Source: Desulfurococcales archaeon
GTDB taxonomy: Archaea > Thermoproteota > Thermoprotei_A > Sulfolobales > Desulfurococcaceae
Direction: 5' to 3'
NCBI GenBank assembly: GCA_027022365.1
Contig: JALVYU010000031.1
Coordinates: 384,001 to 448,000 of the forward strand
DNA length: 64,000 bases
Shown: piece by piece, positions 50,076 through 59,395 of the stretch
How positions within the stretch are numbered: position 1 is the stretch's first letter
Layout: every line of letters begins with the position of its first letter
The notes under the pieces: model-generated
Told to the model about the DNA's origin: nothing
Seen by the model: only the letters and a program-made list of their open reading frames with translations
Databases searched by the model: none
Program-made: the position numbers and the translations under genes

Positions 50076-50816
50076 CTACCCGGCCACGAGGCCCCTGGGT
50101 AATGGCACGTACTCGGCCCTGATCCTCCCCCTATAGCTGTACGTTATCTTGTACATGGGTGCTGCGCGGACGTAGCCTATGATGCTTTTCTCGCCTATGA
50201 AGGGATTGTTTCTCGTGACTAGGACGGCGCTGTAGTCTCTCACGTCTACCCCCATCTCCTTCATGTCGCCTATGTTTACCGGTATGGTTGAGTGGCCCTT
50301 ATACAGTGGGCCCGCCTCTACGATCTTGTCTGGACGGATAATCCTTGCCCTGATTATCCCCCACCGCTTCTTACCGATCCTAATGTATCTCGGCAGGGGC
50401 TTTTGGGGGTCGTGTATGATTATGGTCTTGTACAGGGAGCCGGGCCCCACCGCGTAGTAGTGTACCTGCAGGGGGTGTACCAGCTTCGGCTTAGCCTTCT
50501 CTGGGATCGCCAGTGTCTCCGGCGTCGGCGACAGGAATATCCTTGTATAGGACACGTGGATCGGCTCCGCCGGGTAAACGTAGAAGCCTTCCCTGATGGC
50601 CTCTGAAACCACCCTGTAGCTCGGGGGAATGGTTCTCCCCATGATGGTCTCCGAGCTGTAGCCTAGGAACCCGTAGATCAGCGGGTAGTTGTGTATGAAG
50701 GGGTGCGTACGGATCATGGGGCCCGGGGACAGTGTTGATTCCTTTATGCTCTCCTGCATCTTGGAAAACACTAGTAGTCCGTGGACTTCGAGGTAGGCTA
50801 TGCTTACCGTGCGCAT
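50076..50816 (-). CDS. csc1: Type I-D Cas5 (Csc1)
   Basis: LEVHGLLVF, PFIHNYPLIYG, YVYPA, LPRYIRIGKK. Confidence 0.85.
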   Translation of the reverse strand: MRTVSIAYLEVHGLLVFSKMQESIKESTLSPGPMIRTHPFIHNYPLIYGFLGYSSETIMGRTIPPSYRVVSEAIREGFYVYPAEPIHVSYTRIFLSPTPETLAIPEKAKPKLVHPLQVHYYAVGPGSLYKTIIIHDPQKPLPRYIRIGKKRWGIIRARIIRPDKIVEAGPLYKGHSTIPVNIGDMKEMGVDVRDYSAVLVTRNNPFIGEKSIIGYVRAAPMYKITYSYRGRIRAEYVPLPRGLVAG

Positions 50817-50819
50817 CTC

Positions 50820-52652
50820 CTACTTCTTCCCCTTCTTCTTTCCTTCCCTGCCAGCCAGCTTTGCGAGCTCGTCATGCTTTGCCTTGGCGTCACTCCACGC
50901 CTCCCTGGCAATATTTTTGAGGTCGGCCTCTCTCCTCACCGTCTCTGCGATGCCGCTGCTTATACAGTATTTGGCGTACGGCGTGGCCTTCCCGATCTCC
51001 CTGATGTAGCCCTTATAGATCGTCAGTGCCTCCTCAGGGGTCTTCGGGGCGGAGGACAGTATTTTAAGGGCCGCCTCATAGCCGCTCCCCACCTCGTAGG
51101 GAGCCGCTATCAGCCCAGCGATCTCAACTGCTACTCTGCCGAAGTGCGTCTGAACGGCGCCGAGGCGATCGATGGTGGCGAGGCTGTAGAGTACTAGTAG
51201 GAGCTCGTTCCACGTCAGGTTCTTCAGGGCGATCTTGCCGACGAACAGTACTCCGGGCTTCACAGCGCGGTCCTGGAGGAGCGCCTGCCCGGTCACGTGG
51301 AGCGCCTCGTCCACCGCGTTCCTCGTGAAGGTGAATGTAGCGTCTTCCTCCCTAACAACAGCGTAGTAGACGTCCCCCTCGACCCTGCTCTTCACATTAT
51401 AGTCTCCGCCCTGGACGGCGAACCCGTAGATGAGGCAGGCCGGGCATCTCCCACAGTACCCGACGCCCTTGGATCCGCCTGTGACGTTTACTATGCACTG
51501 CCACCCGCCGCCCAGCAGCTCCTCGAGAACCGCTGATGTCTCCAGCGTGTAGCTTATCCTGTCGAGCACCACGAGGGCTTGGGCCCCGGCTTTCTCGGCG
51601 TACTCTACTGCTTCCCGGCTGTGCAGCCTAACGTGTGTGGACATGAGCTTCTGCACGGTGTATATGTTGATCAGGCCCGGCCTCCCGGCCTCCACGGCGT
51701 CCCCCCTACCGTACCCGTAGAAGGTGATCCGGGCCGGGAGCTTGACGAGGTCTCCGCCGCCACTCCCGCTCTCCTCAACCTTGCCTACTACGGGCACATC
51801 CAGTGCCTCAAGGTGCTTCTCGATGCCGGGTATCGGCGTCGCCGTGGAGAGTATTGTCAGCGAGCCGCTCTCCGCGAACAGCTTGACCAGTGCCAGGCTG
51901 GAAAGGTAGTCCAAGAGACCCCAGGAATGGTACTCGTCGAAGAAGACGATCGGCTTGCTGCCGAGCCGTAGATTAACCGTTCCCAGCCTGGCAAGCCTGT
52001 CCTTCAAGCCCGTGATTCGGGGCTCCACCCCCTCGAGAATACTGGATATATAGCGCGCCGTCCTCTCGTAGTCGCCGTAGACGCCGAGCAGGACGTAGTA
52101 AAAGAGATCAGGGGTGGCGAGCACGACGCTGTAGTCCGGGTCAATCCTCATCAGCTCACCGCTGATCCTTACGAGCATGTCGAGGTGCCCCAAACCCCTA
52201 AAACCACCAGTCTCGCCGAGCTCCCCCAGGATCCTCCCGCTGATACGGGCCAAGACGAGCTTCTCGCCGCCCGGCCCCACATACAGCCGGAAAACCCTGT
52301 CCCTCCAATCACCGAACACGCTCAAACCATATCCTAGAGCCCTCTCAACAATATTCCCGACACTCCTGAACTGGTCATCCAGCAACTCATTACTAGGATA
52401 AAGACCTAGGCAGCCAAACCCCCTCAAGCCAGCCTCCCGGAAAACCTCATAGCCGAGGAGAAGACACAAAGACTTACCCGCACCAGTAGGAGCAGAAACA
52501 AGGACAACCCCAGGCCCAACACCACCAGAGACAAAACCACCTATAATGCTGAGAACACGCTCCTGAAAACCCCTAAGCCAAAAAGAACCAAACCTCTTAC
52601 CGCTCTTACTAACAAAAACACCTCCAACAGACAAATCATGCACCAACACCAA
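50820..52652 (-). CDS. In-frame chimera: truncated type I-D Cas3' helicase (N-part) + truncated Cas7/Csc2 (C-part)
   Basis: APTGAGKS, YPSNEL..DQ, TPD, FFDEYH, STATP, then WQC...CGRCPACLIYGFA...KSRV...RNAVDE...VKPG..F...RLGA..T.FG; no helicase motifs V/VI. Confidence 0.85.
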   Translation of the reverse strand: MVLVHDLSVGGVFVSKSGKRFGSFWLRGFQERVLSIIGGFVSGGVGPGVVLVSAPTGAGKSLCLLLGYEVFREAGLRGFGCLGLYPSNELLDDQFRSVGNIVERALGYGLSVFGDWRDRVFRLYVGPGGEKLVLARISGRILGELGETGGFRGLGHLDMLVRISGELMRIDPDYSVVLATPDLFYYVLLGVYGDYERTARYISSILEGVEPRITGLKDRLARLGTVNLRLGSKPIVFFDEYHSWGLLDYLSSLALVKLFAESGSLTILSTATPIPGIEKHLEALDVPVVGKVEESGSGGGDLVKLPARITFYGYGRGDAVEAGRPGLINIYTVQKLMSTHVRLHSREAVEYAEKAGAQALVVLDRISYTLETSAVLEELLGGGWQCIVNVTGGSKGVGYCGRCPACLIYGFAVQGGDYNVKSRVEGDVYYAVVREEDATFTFTRNAVDEALHVTGQALLQDRAVKPGVLFVGKIALKNLTWNELLLVLYSLATIDRLGAVQTHFGRVAVEIAGLIAAPYEVGSGYEAALKILSSAPKTPEEALTIYKGYIREIGKATPYAKYCISSGIAETVRREADLKNIAREAWSDAKAKHDELAKLAGREGKKKGKK

Positions 52653-52688
52653 GACAAGACAACCCCCACCTTATTCTCTGTTAATTAT

Positions 52689-52818
52689 TGCTTAACACTT
52701 TATCGCTGATCTATACCAACCGGTTTATGGATGCTCTCATTGGGCCAGTGGATCGTTGGTGGGAGTACCCAGAGCAAAACATAAAATATTAAAACAACCA
52801 AATAAACAAACAAAAACG
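52689..52818 (+). promoter_or_regulatory. CRISPR leader 2
   Basis: Abuts first repeat; identical 42-nt and 45-nt blocks shared with reverse complement of leader 1. Confidence 0.88.
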
Positions 52819-53065
52819 GTTACAAACAGATAGAACTGAAAGTTTATCCGTTATCCCCTTGATCTCCTTATCTATTTTTCCTATCTCTACTGTTACAAAC
52901 AGATAGAACTGAAAGTCATTATATCGCTCTTGCTCTTCAGCAGCGCCTTCAGCTCGTCCCTCATAGAAACAAACAGATAGAACTGAAAGCGTCTACGGCA
53001 TGAGCATATGGGAGACCCCGGAGCACGAGACCCTCTACACGGATACAAACAGATAAAACTGAAAG
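52819..53065 (+). CRISPR. CRISPR array 2: 4 repeats (G(T/A)(T/A)ACAAACAGATA(G/A)AACTGAAAG), 3 spacers
   Basis: Repeats at 52819, 52892, 52966, 53042; spacers 49, 50, 52 nt. Confidence 0.95.
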
Positions 53066-53125
53066 TGTTCCTGTTTTCGGGCTTCGTGATACTAATAATA
53101 GGGTGGGTGCTCCATATCACTTGGT

Positions 53126-54277
53126 GTGATGGTTAAGGATTGGTGGCGTGAGTGGGTCGTTATGGGTGGCCGGATAGCTCTTCTCCATGCGTTCATGGAT
53201 ATTCTCGGCGGCGGCGAGTATCTTATGTTGCAGATGGCTGTTGCTCTGCGTAGGGTGAACTATGACTTGGACCTGTACACGGTCACGCCTCCTCCGTGGC
53301 GGGATATTGAGCGGATATTCGGGATAAGGGATCCGGAGAAGCTGTTCCGCCGTGTCCATGTCCATGAGGAGCTGAACCCGTTCCGGTTTGGGCGCGGCAG
53401 GTTTGTCCGGCTGAAGCGTCTCCTAGCCTATCATGGCTTCTTCAAGATGTTTAACCGTGAGCGCCTTAGGGACATGTATGACTTGATCGTGGACACGCAG
53501 AGCAATACGGCGTCACCGGTTGATCTCGCCTACATACACTACCCTGTGATAGCGGAGACGTACTCGAAGAAGACCCCCCTCTACGACGCCTACAGCGTCC
53601 TTGTCAAGCTACTCTACCGTCTATGGTTCGGCAAACCTATGAGCAGATTAATAGCAACCAACTCATCTTGGACGGCGAGAATCATAAAGAAATACTATGG
53701 GGTCGAGGCACATGTCCTGCACCCGCCCGTGGACACGAGCGCTTTCCAGGGGAGATGCGGTGGTCCTAGGGAGAAAATAATAGTCACACTATCGCGTCTG
53801 ACCCCGGAGAAGAACATCCCGGCAGTATCCGTAGTCGCATCCATGCTGCCGGGGTACCGCTACATAGTCATGGGGAGGCCCGACGACCGCCGCGTATACG
53901 AGGAGCTCGTCGGGATCCCGGGGCTCGAGGTCCTAACAGATCTGCCCAGGGAGGAAGTGGCGGGGATACTCTGCAGGGCAAAATACTATGTACACCCCCC
54001 GTTCAGGGAGCACTTCGGCATAGCCGTCGTGGAGGCCATGGCGGCAGGTCTGGTTCCATTCGTCTACTATGACAGCGGCTCCTGCACCGACATAGTCTCC
54101 CGTGTCGATAGCCGCCTATGCTATAAGGACGTATCAGAAGTGCCGCGCATGATAAAGTGGATCGAGGAGAAAGGCCTATGGGAGGAGCTGAGCGTGAAGG
54201 CCGGAAGAGCGGCAGAGATGTTTAGTGTGGAGCGCTTCTACGACCGTGTGGCGAGGTTCTTCTCAACACTCTTATAA
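53126..54277 (+). CDS. GT4 glycosyltransferase (ALG11-like motifs)
   Basis: GGGE, YIHYP, NSSWT, HPPVD, SRLTPEKN, EHFGIAVVEAMAAG. Confidence 0.92.
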   Translation: MMVKDWWREWVVMGGRIALLHAFMDILGGGEYLMLQMAVALRRVNYDLDLYTVTPPPWRDIERIFGIRDPEKLFRRVHVHEELNPFRFGRGRFVRLKRLLAYHGFFKMFNRERLRDMYDLIVDTQSNTASPVDLAYIHYPVIAETYSKKTPLYDAYSVLVKLLYRLWFGKPMSRLIATNSSWTARIIKKYYGVEAHVLHPPVDTSAFQGRCGGPREKIIVTLSRLTPEKNIPAVSVVASMLPGYRYIVMGRPDDRRVYEELVGIPGLEVLTDLPREEVAGILCRAKYYVHPPFREHFGIAVVEAMAAGLVPFVYYDSGSCTDIVSRVDSRLCYKDVSEVPRMIKWIEEKGLWEELSVKAGRAAEMFSVERFYDRVARFFSTLL

Positions 54278-54340
54278 CCTCCTAGCAAGAACTATATTTG
54301 AACAGCTTATTCATCACCATAATAGACGAGATGAATAGTT

Positions 54341-54949
54341 TTGCAGAACGACTACCTGTCATGGCGTGAGGGCCTAATAGACCGTACAGAGTACCTTGAC
54401 ATACTCTACGCGCTGAAGAGCATCGGCGCCGGAAGAGATGATCCCGTGTTCGAGCTCTGCGCTGGGGCGGGGGGCCTTATACGCTTCCTCCGCGGCAAGG
54501 GCTACAGGCGTGTCAGCGGCTGTGATATCCGCGGCGACGGCGGAGCTGTCCTTACATGTGATCTGAATAAGGGGTTGCCGGGCTACGCGGTGGCGAAGTA
54601 CTATGTTTTCCAGCACTGCCTGGAGCACCTGGATCAGGAGGCCGCGGAGAATATTTTGAGGGAGTGTATGAGGCGGGGCGAGGGCGTTGTTGGCATTCTG
54701 CCGGGCCACATGGTCGGTGACCCGACACACGTCGTGAACCACTACCACTACGAAGAAGTTATGAAACTAGCTAGAGCGAGCAAAGCAGAGTATGTCGTCG
54801 TAGTACCCGATATGGCGAGCTACGTCCACCCGGAGAGCCGGGACTGGCTCCTGGTGCTCAGCCACCACCCCTTCAAGCTGAAGAGACCATGGTGGTTTGT
54901 TCTAGCACATCGATTTATGAGGCGGATGCTCGGGGCGGCGACAAGATGA
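54341..54949 (+). CDS. Class I SAM-dependent methyltransferase
   Basis: FELCAGAG, GCD, QHCLEHL, DPTHV. Confidence 0.85.
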   Translation: MQNDYLSWREGLIDRTEYLDILYALKSIGAGRDDPVFELCAGAGGLIRFLRGKGYRRVSGCDIRGDGGAVLTCDLNKGLPGYAVAKYYVFQHCLEHLDQEAAENILRECMRRGEGVVGILPGHMVGDPTHVVNHYHYEEVMKLARASKAEYVVVVPDMASYVHPESRDWLLVLSHHPFKLKRPWWFVLAHRFMRRMLGAATR

Positions 54950-55845
54950 AGAAGCACGCTGTATTCATAATAGGTTTCCCACGCACCGCTACAACTGGTC
55001 TGTATCAGGACATATGTGTTCGTGCACGTGGTTCAATGACTGTAGCGAGATATAGATCGCCTATATGCATTCACGAGCCGTTCAACCCGGAGGTCGTGGA
55101 AGATATACTCGAAAGAGGTGTGCACAGGCACGACCGTGTCGGCGGGGTCATCAATACATATGATCTCCTGCCTCCGGAAATACTCGGGGAAATAAGGAGC
55201 AATGCGGACTGGCTGGAGGGCTTCATGAAGCACGGGGAGCCCTACTTGGGCCGAGGCTGGCGCAGGATCCTCGACAAGCTATTGGAGTATGCCGAGAAAA
55301 ACAACATGTTATTGATAATCAAGGACGTGTATGCCTGGCCCCGTTTAGGGGAGCTGATAAGAATATATGGTGACCGCGCAGTATTCGTTGTTCCTCTGAG
55401 GAACAGATTCTATGTTCTCCGCAGCCTCAGGAGATGGTTAGAGAGAAGAAGCCGCGTGAAATTATTCAGATGGGCTGATCCAAGGAAGCTCATAGATGCT
55501 AGAAGAGTTGTTAGATATATACGGTACTATATACGTTCACGCCGTGTTATTCAAGCAAACCATATGTTTAGTCTCGCACATTTCTTCAAGTTTTTCTACA
55601 GGCGTATACTTGATAATAGCCTGCCCCCACACGTATTGCTGGAGCTGTATCTTCATAGTACGTACAGCATATATGAGGGACTATGTAGAGCATTCGCTAC
55701 ATGTATTATAAGGCCGGACAGGTTATGCGAAGGAACAAGCACGGGCAGGGTCTTTCCAACAGCGAGAGTTATATCCCCGGTCTTCGAGGACAAGCTAGGC
55801 GATGAACAGCTGAAAGCCGTGGAGCAACTGGTAATTATGGACTAA
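54946..55845 (+). CDS. PAPS-dependent sulfotransferase-like protein
   Basis: IIGFPRTATT (5'-PSB-like loop), HEPFN, IIKD, VPLRN; ATGA overlap. Confidence 0.7.
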   Translation: MKKHAVFIIGFPRTATTGLYQDICVRARGSMTVARYRSPICIHEPFNPEVVEDILERGVHRHDRVGGVINTYDLLPPEILGEIRSNADWLEGFMKHGEPYLGRGWRRILDKLLEYAEKNNMLLIIKDVYAWPRLGELIRIYGDRAVFVVPLRNRFYVLRSLRRWLERRSRVKLFRWADPRKLIDARRVVRYIRYYIRSRRVIQANHMFSLAHFFKFFYRRILDNSLPPHVLLELYLHSTYSIYEGLCRAFATCIIRPDRLCEGTSTGRVFPTARVISPVFEDKLGDEQLKAVEQLVIMD

Positions 55846-56476
55846 ACAATAATAGAAAGTCACGGATATTCCTCTTATTGCGAGTTCCGGCGAGGAGATT
55901 TTCTGGTCTACGGAGGGTCTAGGTGGACATAGTTGCTTCTTCCACGCTCACCGCTATAACACGGTGTTCTATGCGTTCTTCCTACTCCTCCGGTAGTGTT
56001 TGAGCTGTTGATGCTGAGCACTCTTATCTCTCGTTCCACGGCCATACGGGTTCCTGCGCCGTGCCCCGATCTTTCCAGAGTACTGGCCTGGACAAGAAGC
56101 GCTGAAGCATACTTGGCTGTACCGGGGCACCGGTTCCAGGGGCTCGCTGATCAGGCGCTTCGATGGAGAGCGGCTATACACTGCTGTATCGGGGCGGCCG
56201 TCCGACTTGGCGATCTAGGGCTAGATACGCAATGAGATACTGTTACAGGCCTGTATAACGACGGCTAATAGAAACGCGCGGGCCCTGAGACTGTAGTGGC
56301 TTTCACTGTTTTTCTCGAGAGGGTTGTTTCTACTATGATTTCGGTGTTTCTATGTAGATGTGTTGCTATTGCCTACGTGTGTTCCTTGTTTTCTTTGTAG
56401 TGAAATAGATATCTTTATTTTGGACATATATCTATTGATATATTCTGGTCGGAGATATCTGCCTAGGTGTCATGAT

Positions 56477-57481
56477 ATGGGTGCTGATCAAGACAGGTTC
56501 GCGATAGTTGTTGAGGGCCTGGTCAAGCGTTACGGCAGGATCGTGGCCGTCGATGGTGTTAGCTTCCGCGTCGGGTACGGCGAGGTATTCGGCTTCCTCG
56601 GGCCTAATGGTGCGGGCAAGACCACTACGATCCACGTGCTGGCCACTCTCCTCCGCCCTGACGGCGGCCGTGTACTAGTTGCTGGCCGTGACGTTGTCCG
56701 TGACCCGGTGGGTGTCCGTAGGAGTATAGGCGTCGTCTTCCAGGACCCGAGTCTTGACGGCGAGCTGACCGGTTATGAGAACCTGTATCTTCATGGCAGG
56801 ATCTATGGTTTGAGGGGTGGTTTGCTGGAGGAGCGTATCAAGGAGATGCTTAGGTTCGTCGAGCTCTGGGAGCACAGGGACAGGCTTGTCAAGTACTATA
56901 GTGGTGGTATGAGGCGCCGCCTAGAGATAGCGCGCGCCCTCCTCCACGGGCCCCGGATACTCTTCCTCGACGAGCCCACCCTCGGCCTCGACCCCCAGAC
57001 CAGAGCCCATATCTGGGACTATATCAGGAGGCTGCGCCGCGAGATGGGCGTCACGGTCTTCCTTACTACACATTATATGGAGGAGGCCGAGGCCCTGTGC
57101 GACCGGATAGCGATAATCGATCACGGCAGGATAATAGCCGAGGGATCGCCTGAGGAGCTGAAGCGGATGGCGGGGAACGATATCGTCTACCTCAAGATCA
57201 GGGAGGCGAGGCCAGGGGTATGCGGTTTCTTCGAGGATCTGGCCACGGAGTGCAGGGAGCTCCCCGGGGGAAGGATCGCGTTGAAGGTTGGGGACGCCGT
57301 GAAGTCCCTCCCCGGGATACTCCTCAGGGCCCGGGACAGGGGCTTGGAGGTGCTGGAGGCCAGCTATCATAGGCCGAGACTTAACGATGTCTTCCTATTG
57401 CTAACGGGTCGCGAGATCAGGGAGGAGGGCCCCATGGACATGATCAAGGCAGTGGTCATGAGTAGGAGGTGGAGGCGTTGA
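56477..57481 (+). CDS. ABC-2 exporter ATP-binding protein (DrrA-like)
   Basis: GPNGAGKTT, YSGGMRRRLEIA, FLDEPT, TTHY. Confidence 0.95.
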   Translation: MGADQDRFAIVVEGLVKRYGRIVAVDGVSFRVGYGEVFGFLGPNGAGKTTTIHVLATLLRPDGGRVLVAGRDVVRDPVGVRRSIGVVFQDPSLDGELTGYENLYLHGRIYGLRGGLLEERIKEMLRFVELWEHRDRLVKYYSGGMRRRLEIARALLHGPRILFLDEPTLGLDPQTRAHIWDYIRRLRREMGVTVFLTTHYMEEAEALCDRIAIIDHGRIIAEGSPEELKRMAGNDIVYLKIREARPGVCGFFEDLATECRELPGGRIALKVGDAVKSLPGILLRARDRGLEVLEASYHRPRLNDVFLLLTGREIREEGPMDMIKAVVMSRRWRR

Positions 57482-58254
57482 GCAAGGCACTGGACGCCCT
57501 CATAGTCATGGCTTATCGCCAGCTGAAGCGCTTCAGGCGTGGGAGGGCGAGGATAGTCTCCAGCATCGTCAACCCGATCATCTGGATTGTTTTCTTCGGG
57601 CTTGGATGGAGCAATGTCTTCAACTTCCCGATGGCCAGGACGATATTTGGGGGCCTAGACTACCTGTCGTTCCTCACGCCGGGAGTCGTTGCCATGTCGG
57701 TGTTTACGGCGTCTTTCATAGGCGGGATAACCGTTATCTGGGACAAGCAGTTCGGCTTCCTCAAGGAGGTACTGGTGGCGCCGGCGCCCCGCTGGGCAAC
57801 AATACTCGGCAGGATAATAGGTGACTCCCTAATAGCCGTGCTCCAGGGACTCATAATACTGGGCCTGAGCTTCCTGGTGGCCCACAGCCTGAACCCGTGG
57901 GGGGTGCCGGCCTCGATACTCTACATGCTGATACTAGGCCTGGCCTTTACCGGGGTAGGCGTGTCGCTCGCACTAAGGATCACGAGCATGGAGGCCTTCC
58001 AGATGATCATAAGCTTCCTCATGCTACCACTAGTATTCCTCAGCGGGGCATTCTACCCGCTCAAATACATGCCGGACTGGATGAAGATACTGGCATACGT
58101 TAACCCGCTAACCTACACCGTGGACGGGATAAGGTACTGGCTGACAGGAGTATCGAGCTTCAACCCGTACCTCGACCTAGCAGTACTATCGGGTCTGGCC
58201 ACGATAGCCGTAGCAGTGGCCGCCAAGCTGTTCAGCAGAGCGACACTGGACTAG
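57469..58254 (+). CDS. ABC-2 exporter permease (DrrB-like)
   Basis: DKQFGFLKEVLVAP, FLSGAFYP, NPLTYTVDG. Confidence 0.93.
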   Translation: MEALSKALDALIVMAYRQLKRFRRGRARIVSSIVNPIIWIVFFGLGWSNVFNFPMARTIFGGLDYLSFLTPGVVAMSVFTASFIGGITVIWDKQFGFLKEVLVAPAPRWATILGRIIGDSLIAVLQGLIILGLSFLVAHSLNPWGVPASILYMLILGLAFTGVGVSLALRITSMEAFQMIISFLMLPLVFLSGAFYPLKYMPDWMKILAYVNPLTYTVDGIRYWLTGVSSFNPYLDLAVLSGLATIAVAVAAKLFSRATLD

Positions 58255-58370
58255 CCGGGCCGGCAGGGAAAAGATGGATATGATCATAGAAGCTGTTTTT
58301 CCTCCCTCCACCAACATACTTCTCCCGGGAAACACGGTGGCTGGAGCGGTGTTATCAGCTGAACCACATG

Positions 58371-59228
58371 CTATGCCGTACCAGTGTTTTCCCTCACTGA
58401 GATATATAGTGCAGATAGGATCATCGCCATGCCTATGATCTGGGGGAACGTGACGTGTTCGTGGAGCAGTATTACCGAGAATACTGTGGCGAACACAGGC
58501 TCTAGGAGGAAGATCATCGCCGTTGCCGCGGGATCCACGTATCTTTGCCCATATGCCTGCAGGATGAACGCCCCGTCAGCACATGCAACCGCCAAGTAGG
58601 CTATGACAAGCATTACATCGGGCGTGATTCTTGGCGGACCATATATGAGGAGAGCCGGGACTAGGAAGAGCGTGCTGGGCACGAGCTCCGCGTACGTGAA
58701 TGCTATGGGGTCCCTCGGCTTGTACTTGTCGATCAATATTATCTGGGCCGCCCACATAATGGCTCCCAGGAGGACTAGGGTGTCGCCAAGCCCGAAGCCT
58801 CCCCCGGGACTGGTTAGGAGGTAGAGGCCTGCAATGCTTAGGGCTAGGCTCGATGCGAGCCTCCAGCCATACCTTCTCCCCGCCACCGCCACGTAGATGT
58901 GGACGAAGACAACGTTGAGGCCGGTTATGAAGGCCGAGTTGCTCGCTGTAGTGTATCTTGTCCCCCATCCCTGGAGCCACAGGCCTAGAGCGAAAGCTAT
59001 TCCTGTGGCGAGGCCTCCCCGGACACTATCCCCTAGATCCCAGCTTCTGCGAACCCCTAGAACTACGTAGGGAGCGAGGACGGTGGCCGCTATGAGGCTT
59101 CTCAGCCATACATACGTCATAGGATCAACTGTGTCCACCACTACCTTTATCCCGGGGAAACTGCTGCCCCACAGCAGGACAGTCCCTAGCAGCGCCGCTA
59201 TACCTAAGAGTCTCTTGTCCCTGCTCAA
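58371..59228 (-). CDS. EamA/DMT-family transporter
   Basis: LLWGSSF, TTASNSAFITG, GD.LVL, IFLLEPVFA. Confidence 0.93.
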   Translation of the reverse strand: MSRDKRLLGIAALLGTVLLWGSSFPGIKVVVDTVDPMTYVWLRSLIAATVLAPYVVLGVRRSWDLGDSVRGGLATGIAFALGLWLQGWGTRYTTASNSAFITGLNVVFVHIYVAVAGRRYGWRLASSLALSIAGLYLLTSPGGGFGLGDTLVLLGAIMWAAQIILIDKYKPRDPIAFTYAELVPSTLFLVPALLIYGPPRITPDVMLVIAYLAVACADGAFILQAYGQRYVDPAATAMIFLLEPVFATVFSVILLHEHVTFPQIIGMAMILSALYISVRENTGTA

Positions 59229-59395
59229 CAGACATCATCACGTATTATGAGAGGCCTTCTCCCGACTAATAATGATGACGTGGTGGCCCAAGAGGCTTTG
59301 TAGGATGGGAGAATTGACGTGTTATGGCCTACTCGTGGATGATCGTTGGAGATAAAAAATATTATGTTGGACGCCATGCTACGTGGTTTTGGCTG

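Noticed and set aside
52843-52891. Self-targeting: spacer shares CCCCTTGATCTC with ~59888-59899
   Set aside because: Only 12 nt with unmatched flanks; compatible with chance. No full spacer match was noticed in the window by eye
55850-56470. Short ORFs 55969..56181, 55996..56235 and the 56360 upstream start of the ABC ATPase
   Set aside because: No motifs or RBS support; ATPase homology starts at ATG 56477
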